From NCBI GenBank assembly GCA_963822445.1, contig CAWGHO010000002.1, positions 544,001 to 608,000 of the forward strand: a stretch of DNA of 64,000 bases, written 5' to 3'. This DNA is from an uncultured Acidobacteriota bacterium. Its GTDB lineage: Bacteria; Acidobacteriota; Thermoanaerobaculia; Gp7-AA8. This document shows, in pieces, positions 1 to 8,577 of the stretch. A program made the translations under genes and the position numbers. Numbering within the stretch: position 1 is the first letter of the stretch; each line of letters starts with the position of its first letter. The notes below the pieces were generated by a model, which saw only the letters and a list, made by a program, of their open reading frames with translations, was not told the DNA's origin and did not search any database.

Positions 1-1710
1 AAGAAAGCCGAGAGAACCGTCTCGCGGTACGACAAAAACGTCGCGGATCTCATCCTCCGGCAACGTCAACCGGGCGATGCCGGATGGGTCGGTGACCGAG
101 ATTCCGACGCGCTCAAGGCCGCGGAAATCGAGGACTCTGGCACCGGACACGGGGACACCCCTGCTGTCGCGAACGGTGAGCGTAACCGGGGACGCGGTGT
201 CCAGGCGAATGACGATGGACCGGCTTTGTTCCGGCTCCAGGAATGAGTACTTCACCTCCGCAGGGGCGTAGCCGACGGCGGCAGCCTTGAGAACATGCTG
301 ACCGTAAGCGGGTCCGGCCAACCGAAAGGTGCCGTCCGCGGCCGCTGTCACCCGGACCGTCATGTGGTACCGCTCGTCACTCCGCATGGAGAGATTCACC
401 CCCGCTCCGCCGATCGGCGCGCCCGTTTGGGCGTCCACGACGCGTCCAGTGATCTCGCGTGTGGGAAGGTTGATGATCCACTCCGCCTCTTCGCCGTCTT
501 CGATCGTTCTCCGCTCGCGGAAGGCGACGATTCCAGGCGCGTGCACTGTCGAGTTCATCCTTCCGCCCTGCCATAGCTCGACCGCAGCCTCACCGTCCTC
601 GCCGGTCACCACCACTGCTTTCCAATGGACGTCCCGGCTCTGGACCTCTACATACGCTTTCGGGAACGGCTCGCCCTCTCGGATCGTTCGCACGCGCAAT
701 GGAAAAGGCGAGATCCGAAGCGGAAGTCTGACTGTCTCTCCGGCTTGCACTGCTACAGGCTCGCCAAGCCGCTCCCACTCCTTGTCGCCCTTAACGAGGA
801 CGACGTAATCACCTGGCTCGATGCGCTCGAGCGTGAGGACCGTGCTCGCTTCCGCTTTCGGTACGGCCAACTTCCTGACCGTGCCGCCGAGAGAACGTCC
901 GTCATTCCGAAGGCGCTGCAATTCGATTTCAATCGCGTCCCCCGGCGTGTCCTGTTGCAGTTCAACGACGACGGTTCCCCCGCGGCTGAGATAGATCTGG
1001 TCGAACGACGCGTTGACGCGCGCGGGCGGGACGTCGACGGTCGTGTCCGCATATCCGCCGGCATTCAAGGAGATCGTCTTCGGCCATTTGTCGGGATCAG
1101 CCTCGAGGGCAAAGCGACCCTCGGCATCGGACACGGTCTCCGTCTCGACGTCGGTGCTGATCAGCACACCGCCGACGCCGCGGCCGGTGCCGCGATCGAT
1201 GACCGTGCCGCTCAGTAACGGCAACGGTTTCAGATCGACTGCCAGCGTTGCGCGCGCATCAGCCACGGCCACGCTCGTACGGAAGGACGCGAAGTGCGGC
1301 GCGTCGACGAGGACCTTCCACGTTCCGCGTTGCACGTTGAAAACGATCGGGGCTGCCAGTCTGGGCGCCGAAAAGCGGACCGTCCACGAACGTTCCTTCT
1401 CGTCGGAGATCACGATTCGCACGTCGGAGCGCGGGTGCAACTTACGGGCGTTGATGCGCATCTCCAGCTCGCCGCCGCGCGCACACGAGATCGTTCGTTC
1501 GCCGGAACCGCGAATGCCCACGAACACCTCACCGCTTCGCGTGGTCAATGTGTACGGGGTGTCAGCGGCCTCCGGCGCCAGATCCTGCCCGCAGATGTAC
1601 TCGCGGCACTCTTTTCCCGCGACGCAGAGGGTGCCGGCGACCGGCTTCGCTGCGCGGGAAGCACCGGCGGTGAGGAAAATCCAAGCGACGAGAAGAGCCC
1701 AACGTTTCAC
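1..1710 (-). CDS. Secreted carboxypeptidase-regulatory-like (Cna-B/transthyretin-like) repeat protein; 3' end runs off the window
   Basis: Absent from the ORF track because there is no stop in the window. Manual translation of the 5' and 3' portions from GTG 1710 gives MKRWALLVAWIFLTAGASRA (signal peptide), then SGTVIDRGTGRGVGGV..VSDAEGRFAL, TAAADGTFRLAGPAYGQHVLKAAAVGYAP and TVRDSRGVPVSGARV..TDPSGIARL, all in one frame. GTGA overlap with the upstream stop. Confidence 0.8.
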   Translation of the reverse strand, partial: MKRWALLVAWIFLTAGASRAAKPVAGTLCVAGKECREYICGQDLAPEAADTPYTLTTRSGEVFVGIRGSGERTISCARGGELEMRINARKLHPRSDVRIVISDEKERSWTVRFSAPRLAAPIVFNVQRGTWKVLVDAPHFASFRTSVAVADARATLAVDLKPLPLLSGTVIDRGTGRGVGGVLISTDVETETVSDAEGRFALEADPDKWPKTISLNAGGYADTTVDVPPARVNASFDQIYLSRGGTVVVELQQDTPGDAIEIELQRLRNDGRSLGGTVRKLAVPKAEASTVLTLERIEPGDYVVLVKGDKEWERLGEPVAVQAGETVRLPLRISPFPLRVRTIREGEPFPKAYVEVQSRDVHWKAVVVTGEDGEAAVELWQGGRMNSTVHAPGIVAFRERRTIEDGEEAEWIINLPTREITGRVVDAQTGAPIGGAGVNLSMRSDERYHMTVRVTAAADGTFRLAGPAYGQHVLKAAAVGYAPAEVKYSFLEPEQSRSIVIRLDTASPVTLTVRDSRGVPVSGARVLDFRGLERVGISVTDPSGIARLTLPEDEIRDVFVVPRDGSLGFL

Positions 1711-2078
1711 GTGGGTCTGCCGAGCCCCCGATTCGCCGCAGAAGAAGGCCGCGCGGCCTCGGGACGTTTCTGGTAGACCCGGACGCGCGTCAGGCGCCAC
1801 TGGTCCTCGAGCACCGGCGCGACGCGAACTTCGGGCTCCTGCTCGCATCCCCCGCCATACTCGAAACATCCGTAATCGTCGCCCGTGCATGTGTCGTTGC
1901 AGCCCGGGCACATCTGCTCGATGCCGCAATTGAAAAAACCGCAATAGGTTGGTGCACAGAAAGCGCACCACGTCAACGTTTGATAGTCGAAGTAATCCTC
2001 GCAGTCCGCGCAGGCCCGTGCGGGAGCGGCGTAGAGAGCGAACACCAGAAAGGCGGCGGCAAGCAGAGATTTACGCAT
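1707..2078 (-). CDS. Small secreted cysteine-rich protein (11 Cys)
   Basis: Signal peptide MRKSLLAAAFLVFALYAAPARA, then a Cys-dense core of about 57 aa. GGAGG RBS upstream. Its stop overlaps the next start. Confidence 0.75.
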   Translation of the reverse strand: MRKSLLAAAFLVFALYAAPARACADCEDYFDYQTLTWCAFCAPTYCGFFNCGIEQMCPGCNDTCTGDDYGCFEYGGGCEQEPEVRVAPVLEDQWRLTRVRVYQKRPEAARPSSAANRGLGRPT

Positions 2079-2118
2079 GGTTCCTCCCGACTGACTTCTT
2101 TATGTTAGCAGCGCGTCC

Positions 2119-3375
2119 CTACGGCGTAGCCGAAAACTCGCCGGTCGCTTCGCCGAGCTCCTCGATCGCCTCGGGCTCCTCGCCTCTGACGACGCGCAGC
2201 AGCATTTCGGCGAGCACGCCCGCGGGATCGGCGGGAACGAGCGTGCGGATGCTCGTCGCGGCGGCGGCACCGATGGACCGCCATTCGTGACGGCGCTGCC
2301 ACGCGCGCTCCATCGCCTCATCCAGCAAGTCCTCGGTCGGCGCGGCGGCGAGGAAACCGGTCACGCCGTCGCGAACGATCTCGCCGCTGCCGGCCACGTC
2401 GGTCACGATGGGCACGCGTCCGCTGAGCATCGCTTCGACGAGAACGAGCGGCAGACCTTCGCAGCGCGAGGGGAGCACGAGTCCGTGATGGTCATTCCAG
2501 ACCGCACGGACGTCGCGGGTGAAACCGGCGAAGGTCACGCTGGTGACACCGAGGTAGCGGGCCATCTCCTCGAGACCCGTTCGCCGATCGCCGCGGCCGT
2601 AGAAGGTGACCGACAGAGCACGCGCGCGCCATTTGTCGCGGGCCAGCACGCGGATCAGGAGATCCTGCCCCTTTTCGGAGGGATAGAGACGGCCCACGCA
2701 GGCCAGGCGGAGACCCCCTGCGTCCGATGGCCAGTCATCCCGCGGTTTCCAGTCGACGAGGAACGGATTCCGGACGACGCTCGCGTTCGTGAGCCGGACA
2801 CCGATTTCTTCTTCCGTGAGACGGCGATTGTGCTCGGAAATGAAATACGTCCGCAGCGCCATGGGATAGAGCTCGCGCATGCGGTCGCGCAGCTCGTCGG
2901 CGGGCCAGTAAATCTCGCCGGCCTTCTGCGAAATGAGCACGAAAGGCTTCCGCAGCGAGCGGCAGACGCTCGCCAGCCTCAGACCGTCGAAGTTGCCTCC
3001 CTGGGAAACGATGACCAGATCGGGACGGGCCACGGCGATCGAATAAACCGCCTGCGCGAGGCTGTGCAGCGTGATGGCCGCGGTCGAGATGCTGGAGACC
3101 GCCATATGCACCCGGCGCGGCAGAAGAGGAAACCGGCCGATGTCCCGAATGCGGCAGCCGAGCGCTGCCAGCCGCCTGACCGAGGGGTTGGTGCGGTCGA
3201 TGTTCTGCTTGCAGACGGTGACGGCGTGGCCGGCCTCGGCCAGGCTGACGGCCACCGCGGCCCAGAGCTCTTCGCTCCCGCCCCAGGGCGATCGGTTACT
3301 GCTCAAGACGAGAAAGCGATAGCGCTTCGCGGAGGTGCCCTGGGCCGTGGTCTGTCGAATCACGCAAGGGTACAC
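2119..3375 (-). CDS. Glycosyltransferase family 4 (GT-B)
   Basis: WGGSEELW N-terminal loop, VGRLYPSEKGQD, PSRCEGLPLVLVEAM (ExxxxxxxE motif). Confidence 0.9.
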   Translation of the reverse strand: MYPCVIRQTTAQGTSAKRYRFLVLSSNRSPWGGSEELWAAVAVSLAEAGHAVTVCKQNIDRTNPSVRRLAALGCRIRDIGRFPLLPRRVHMAVSSISTAAITLHSLAQAVYSIAVARPDLVIVSQGGNFDGLRLASVCRSLRKPFVLISQKAGEIYWPADELRDRMRELYPMALRTYFISEHNRRLTEEEIGVRLTNASVVRNPFLVDWKPRDDWPSDAGGLRLACVGRLYPSEKGQDLLIRVLARDKWRARALSVTFYGRGDRRTGLEEMARYLGVTSVTFAGFTRDVRAVWNDHHGLVLPSRCEGLPLVLVEAMLSGRVPIVTDVAGSGEIVRDGVTGFLAAAPTEDLLDEAMERAWQRRHEWRSIGAAAATSIRTLVPADPAGVLAEMLLRVVRGEEPEAIEELGEATGEFSATP

Positions 3376-3387
3376 GGTTCTCTGATC

Positions 3388-4029
3388 TCACACGATCAGG
3401 CGCTTGCGCACCGCGTAGAGCACGATCTCCGCGGTGCTGTGCAGGTTGAGCTTCTGCATGAGATTCGCGCGGTGCGTCTCGACGGTCGACACGCCGACGT
3501 CGAGCAATGCCGCGACTTCCTTGTTCGCCCGCCCCTCGGCCAGCAGTTGCAGCACTTCCTTCTCCCGATCGGTCAGGAGGTCGTACGAGTCGGTGAGACC
3601 GCGATCCTGAAGCTGCCGGGTGTACTCCTCGGCCAGCACGCCGCTGACCGCGGGGCTGAAGAACGATTTCCCCGCCGCAACCGCGCGGATGGCCGGCAGC
3701 AGGTCCTCGTCCGTCGCATCCTTGAGCAGATAGCCGCGCGCGCCGGCATTGATCGAGCGGATCACGTACGACTCGTCGAGATGCATGCTCAGCATGATCG
3801 CTTGCGGCGGCGGCTGCATCTTCTGCACGCGCGCGGCGACGTCGATGCCGTTGAGTTTGGGCATGGCCACGTCGAGGATGAGCAGATCGGGATGATGCTC
3901 GTCGCACAACCGCAAGGCCTCCAGACCATCCGACGCTTCGGCCACGACCTCCACCGATGGCTCGGTCTCGAGGAGCGAGCGCATCCCCCGCCGCACGATG
4001 GAGTGATCGTCAGCCAGCAGCACGCGCAA
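3388..4029 (-). CDS. NarL/LuxR-family response regulator
   Basis: REC domain (LADDH, LDVAMP, YLLK) plus LuxR HTH (LTDREKEVLQLLAEG..TVETHRANLMQKL). Confidence 0.95.
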   Translation of the reverse strand: MRVLLADDHSIVRRGMRSLLETEPSVEVVAEASDGLEALRLCDEHHPDLLILDVAMPKLNGIDVAARVQKMQPPPQAIMLSMHLDESYVIRSINAGARGYLLKDATDEDLLPAIRAVAAGKSFFSPAVSGVLAEEYTRQLQDRGLTDSYDLLTDREKEVLQLLAEGRANKEVAALLDVGVSTVETHRANLMQKLNLHSTAEIVLYAVRKRLIV

Positions 4030-5395
4030 GGTGCGCCTCCTGAATGGACATGGCGACGGGCAGGGTCACGTGGAGCTCCGTTCCGCGCGGCTGACGCGGG
4101 CCGATGTGAAATGCGCCGTGCAGTTCGCGCACGCGCTCTTCGATGCCGAGGAGGCCGACGCCGCGGGCGCGGGCCGGATCGATTCCAACGCCGTCGTCGG
4201 ACACGACGAGATCGAGCGTGTTCTGCTCGTAGCGCACGGTGATCTCGATCCGCTTCGCATGGGCGTGACGCGCGCAGTTCGTGAGCGCTTCCTGCACGAT
4301 GCGATAGACGCAGGTGCGGTGCTGATCGGGAAGGGTATCGATGTCACCGCTGACGGTCAGGTCGACGGCGATGTTGAAGCGGCGCCGGAAATCGCGAACG
4401 TGCCAGGCCAGCGCCGGCTGCAGGCCGAAGTCGTCGAGCATGCTCGGCCTCAGACCCATGGCCAGGTCGCGAACGGAGCGAAGGATGGTGTCGATCAGCC
4501 GCTTCGCTTCGCCGATCGAGCTCCTGACGTTGGTGTCGGAGCCGCGGGCACGATCGGCCTTGCCGATCTCCATCCGCAGCGCGGTGAGCATCTGCCCGAC
4601 GTGATCGTGCAGCTCGCGGGTGAGCTTCTTCCGCTCTTCCTCCTGCGCCGCGACGAGTTGCTGCGAGAGGAGCCGCATCTCCTGCTCGGCCTCTTCGGCA
4701 TGCACGCGCTGCAGCTCCGACCGGCGCTCGAGCGCGCGCAGGCGGAGGACGGCGACGACTGCGACGATAAATCCGAGGGCGAGGGTTCGCCAGAGACGGC
4801 GATGAAGATCGTCGCGGAACGACGTCAAACGCCGGGTGACCTCGGCGCGCTGCATGGAGAGGTTCGCGTTGTTGAGCTGCTCGATGTCGCGTGTGATCGC
4901 AAGGACGGCCTCGCGGCGCGGCAGCACTTCGCGGCGGAGGAACCGCGCGCTGCGCATGATCTTTTCGTAGATCGACCATTCGAAGAGCGGCTCGAAGGCC
5001 TGCCAGTACTCGTCGAGCCCCGTCTGCAGGTTGTCCATGCGCGGCGCGGCGGACGGCGGCAACAAAGCGCGAAGCTCATTCACCGTGACGGTGTGACTTT
5101 TCCGAAGCTCGGTCAGACGCTGGCGATACTCCGGCGCCTGCTCGCGGTCCGTGTCGAGCAGATAGTCGCGGATGTAGATGCCGGACAGATGAACGTCGGC
5201 GCGCAGACGCCGCAGTTTGTTGTCGACCTCGCGATGATGCGTATTCAGCTGATCGAGCTGCGCGTAAATCTCCTCGGCCTTGTGCGACGTCGCGACGACG
5301 GAGGTGTAGATCAGCAGCAGCAGTCCGGCGAGGGCCGCCGCGGCGACGGGCCAGGTCCGGAAGAAGCGTCGCTGCAGGCGGAGGAGAAATCGCAT
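4010..5395 (-). CDS. Membrane sensor histidine kinase, HisKA_3 type, with four-helix periplasmic domain
   Basis: Two TM segments, RELHDHVGQMLT H-box, QEALTN, DDGVG, GLLGIEER. Confidence 0.92.
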   Translation of the reverse strand: MRFLLRLQRRFFRTWPVAAAALAGLLLLIYTSVVATSHKAEEIYAQLDQLNTHHREVDNKLRRLRADVHLSGIYIRDYLLDTDREQAPEYRQRLTELRKSHTVTVNELRALLPPSAAPRMDNLQTGLDEYWQAFEPLFEWSIYEKIMRSARFLRREVLPRREAVLAITRDIEQLNNANLSMQRAEVTRRLTSFRDDLHRRLWRTLALGFIVAVVAVLRLRALERRSELQRVHAEEAEQEMRLLSQQLVAAQEEERKKLTRELHDHVGQMLTALRMEIGKADRARGSDTNVRSSIGEAKRLIDTILRSVRDLAMGLRPSMLDDFGLQPALAWHVRDFRRRFNIAVDLTVSGDIDTLPDQHRTCVYRIVQEALTNCARHAHAKRIEITVRYEQNTLDLVVSDDGVGIDPARARGVGLLGIEERVRELHGAFHIGPRQPRGTELHVTLPVAMSIQEAHLARAAG

Positions 5396-5419
5396 CGTTC
5401 GATCTGACAACGCGAGGGG

Positions 5420-6124
5420 TCAGATCCTCACTTCCTCCCGGATCAGACGGAAGAGCTCGCGAAACGAGCCGACGACGGTGACGTTGGGAGGAGGAACGCG
5501 CTCGCTGCTGGCGACGAACAGTGCGCGGCCGCGCTCGGCTGCGAAGCGGAGCGGACCGAAATCGGTGAGGTCGTCGCCGGCGTAAACGACGCGGTCGGCG
5601 CCGATTGCGCCCGCCAGCCAGCGCAACGCCTCCTCTTTTCCACCGCCGCGGACGCGGGCCTCGACCACACAGCGGCCTTCGATCAGATCGAGGCCCGCGC
5701 ACGTTGCCCATTCGCGGAACGACAGCACGACCGGCTCGATGGCTTCTTGCGGGATGCCTCGCCAATGCACGGCGACCGCATGTTTCTTCGATTCCAGCCG
5801 CAGACCGCACGCTGCAATTTCGCGGTGCAGCTCGGGGTCGAGAGCGAAGGAAAGCGGAAGCGTGTCGCGCACGACGAGCCCTCCCGGCGCGCGAATTTCC
5901 AGACCGTGCGAGGCGATGAGATACGCGCCGGGCGTATTCACGCGCGCGGCGAGATCATCGGCATCGCGTCCGGACACGATCGCGACGACGACGCCTTCCA
6001 TCTGCGACGTCTCGGCGAGCAGCGCCGCGGCACCGCGATCGAGGCGGACGTTCGCCGGATCGTCGCAGATCGGCGCGAGCGTTCCGTCGAAGTCGAATGC
6101 GAGAAGCGTCGAGCCCATCGTCAT
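5420..6124 (-). CDS. otsB: Trehalose-6-phosphate phosphatase
   Basis: Intact HAD motifs DFDGTL, VSGR, GK, GDDLTD. ATGA overlap with otsA. Confidence 0.9.
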   Translation of the reverse strand: MTMGSTLLAFDFDGTLAPICDDPANVRLDRGAAALLAETSQMEGVVVAIVSGRDADDLAARVNTPGAYLIASHGLEIRAPGGLVVRDTLPLSFALDPELHREIAACGLRLESKKHAVAVHWRGIPQEAIEPVVLSFREWATCAGLDLIEGRCVVEARVRGGGKEEALRWLAGAIGADRVVYAGDDLTDFGPLRFAAERGRALFVASSERVPPPNVTVVGSFRELFRLIREEVRI

Positions 6125-7608
6125 CCGGCGACCACCACGGATCGCCGCGCGGGCACGTCCGGCACGCGCTGCGGCCAGAACCTTGCGCCGCGGTGGCGGA
6201 CCTTACGCATGTCGGTGAGGATCTTCTCGGACCAGTCGTAAATCGAATGCGAAGCGATCTGCTCGCGCATGACCTGCATGCGCGCGCGACGCTCGGCGAG
6301 GGGCATGCGGATCGCGCGGAGAATCGTCTGCGCGACCTGCTGCGTGTCGTACGGATTGACGAGCAGCGCGCCGTCGAGCTCCTTCGCCGCGCCGGCGAAA
6401 ACGCTCAGCACGAGCGCGCCGTGGCCGTCCTCGCAGGCGGCGACGTACTCCTTGGCCACGAGATTCATCCCGTCGTGCAGCGGCGTGACCAGCGCGCTGT
6501 CGGCCATGGCGTAGTACTGCCGCACTTCATCGGGGGAGAAGGTGCGCATCTGCAGCACGATCGGCTTCCAGTGCGCGGTGCCGAAACGCTCGTTCACGCG
6601 ATCGACGGCTTCCGTCAGATCGTCGGCGAGCTGCCGGTATTTGCGGATCCGCGTGCGCGTCGGCGAGGCCAGTTGCACGAAGACGTACCGGCCGATCAGC
6701 GACGGCGTTTCGTCGAGGAGCTGCTCGACCGCGGCCACGCGCTCGATCAGCCCTTTCGTGTAATCGGCGCGATCGACGCCGATGCTCACATGCGCATCGG
6801 AAGCAATGCCGAGCGATCGTCGCAGCATCGCCCCGTCGGCGCGCGGCGACGCGGGATACGGCCACTCGACGCTGATCGGATACGGACGGACCAGGGTCTT
6901 GTGGCCACCGTGCGAGACGGACATCTCTTCGAAATCGACACGGCATTCGAGATAGCGCTGCACGGTCTCGAGAAAGTTGAGGCAGTACTGACGGGTGTGA
7001 AATCCGAGGAGGTCGGCGCCGAGCATTCCTTCGAGGATGGCGTCCTTCCAGGGACAGATCCCGAACACCTCTGAATTCGGCCAGGGGATGTGCCAGAACA
7101 GGCTGGTCACGACGTGGGGCGCCTGCTCGCGCACGAGCCGCGGCACGAGCGCGAAGTGGTAGTCCTGAATGAGCAGCAGTCCGCCTTCATCGACTGCTGC
7201 TCGCGCGAAGGTCTCGTTGACGGCCTGGTACGAACGCCAGTCGGCGGCGCGGAACTGCGGCTGGGTATGGGCGATGTGGCAGAGCGGCCAGAGGCCTTCG
7301 TTCGCAAAGCCGGAGTAGTAGCGCTCGTATTCGTCCTCCTCGATCCACACCCGGCGCAACGTGTACTCCGGCTTCTCCGGCGGCACGGCCACACGGCCGT
7401 TGCGATCGGAATGGGCGCGATCCGCGGACCCGCCGCCATACGCGATCCACGTTCCGCCACACGAACGCAGAATCGGCTCGATCCCGGTGACGAGACCGCT
7501 GGCCGGCCGCTCGACGACGACCGAGCCATCGGATCCCCATTCGTGCGCATACGGCTCCCGGTTCGCGATGACGATGAGCCTGCTCTCGGCGTTCTCCACG
7601 GTCCGCAC
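6121..7608 (-). CDS. otsA: Trehalose-6-phosphate synthase (GT20)
   Basis: ANREP, YYSGFANEGLWPLCH, QDYHF, FWHIPWP, DRADYTKG, DGMNLVAKEY. Confidence 0.95.
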   Translation of the reverse strand: MRTVENAESRLIVIANREPYAHEWGSDGSVVVERPASGLVTGIEPILRSCGGTWIAYGGGSADRAHSDRNGRVAVPPEKPEYTLRRVWIEEDEYERYYSGFANEGLWPLCHIAHTQPQFRAADWRSYQAVNETFARAAVDEGGLLLIQDYHFALVPRLVREQAPHVVTSLFWHIPWPNSEVFGICPWKDAILEGMLGADLLGFHTRQYCLNFLETVQRYLECRVDFEEMSVSHGGHKTLVRPYPISVEWPYPASPRADGAMLRRSLGIASDAHVSIGVDRADYTKGLIERVAAVEQLLDETPSLIGRYVFVQLASPTRTRIRKYRQLADDLTEAVDRVNERFGTAHWKPIVLQMRTFSPDEVRQYYAMADSALVTPLHDGMNLVAKEYVAACEDGHGALVLSVFAGAAKELDGALLVNPYDTQQVAQTILRAIRMPLAERRARMQVMREQIASHSIYDWSEKILTDMRKVRHRGARFWPQRVPDVPARRSVVVAG

Positions 7609-7688
7609 CTTATGGGCGCGGCGGAGGTGTGTACATCCCGTGTTTACCGGATACCAACGCGCGGGCGGCCGTCTTACCGTGCGGGCTC

Positions 7689-8540
7689 ATGGATCCGAGA
7701 AAAACAACCGCTGTTCGCCTTCGTCCGCGCGTGCGGCCTTCCGCCGCGCATCGCCTCGCGGTGTTCACATCTGTCGACGGCACCCTGCTCGATGCCAGGG
7801 CCTTCGAGCCTGGGGCAAGCAGGAGCGCGGTGCGCAGGCTCCTGGCCGGCGGAGTCCCTGTGATTCCGGTCTCGGTGATGACCCTCGACGAGCTCGCGCC
7901 GATCGCCACCGACCTCGGGTTGCGCCACGCGATGATCGTCGAAGCAGGCGGAGCGATCGCGCGCTGGAGCGGATCGGCGTGGGAAGTCGAGCCGTGCGGA
8001 CCGCCGGCGGAGACGATGCTCGACGTCGTCCTCGACATCGAGAAGCGGTCCGGCGCGAATCTCCTCGTCTATTCGGCGTTGCCGGAGAGAGAAGCGGCGC
8101 AGCTGTCGGGGCGTTCCGGGGAAATGCTGCATGCGTCGACGCATCGCTGCTTCAGCGAGCCATTCGTCATCGAGAGCGGCGATCTGGAGAAAGTGAAACG
8201 GGCCGCGGCGGCCATCGGATTTTCCGTTCGGCGCGGACGGCGCTTCCTTCATCTCTGTCGTTCCTGCGATGAAGGCGAGGCCTTCACGCGGTTACGCGCG
8301 GAGCTCGGCTGCGAGACGGCGATCGCCATCGGCGGCGCGGCGGTCGACGGCGAGTTCCTGAGCCGCGCCGACCTTCCGATCATCGTCCCCGGACCGGACG
8401 GAAAGCCGGATCCCGAGCTCTTGTCGATGGTTCCGCACGCGAAGATCGCCGCCAGTCCGGGACCTGCCGGCTGGGCCGCGGCCATCGACGAGGTCTGGCA
8501 AAGCGTTTCCGCGCCGAAACGCCGCGCGCGGCGCGCGTGA
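7689..8540 (+). CDS. Mannosyl-3-phosphoglycerate phosphatase-like HAD-IIB protein with degenerate catalytic motifs
   Basis: MpgP-like segments (DGTLLD, EAGGAI, RCFSEPF, GRRFLH, GPAGW), but motif I reads SVDGT and motif IV reads GGAAVD. Confidence 0.8.
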   Translation: MDPRKTTAVRLRPRVRPSAAHRLAVFTSVDGTLLDARAFEPGASRSAVRRLLAGGVPVIPVSVMTLDELAPIATDLGLRHAMIVEAGGAIARWSGSAWEVEPCGPPAETMLDVVLDIEKRSGANLLVYSALPEREAAQLSGRSGEMLHASTHRCFSEPFVIESGDLEKVKRAAAAIGFSVRRGRRFLHLCRSCDEGEAFTRLRAELGCETAIAIGGAAVDGEFLSRADLPIIVPGPDGKPDPELLSMVPHAKIAASPGPAGWAAAIDEVWQSVSAPKRRARRA

Positions 8541-8577
8541 GACATCGCGACTAACATCCGCCCGCGAGAACGAGCGG

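Noticed and set aside
1707-2078. Radical-SAM or lanthipeptide RiPP precursor
   Set aside because: It has a Sec-type signal peptide rather than a RiPP leader, and no maturase is visible in the window (genes beyond position 1 are unseen).
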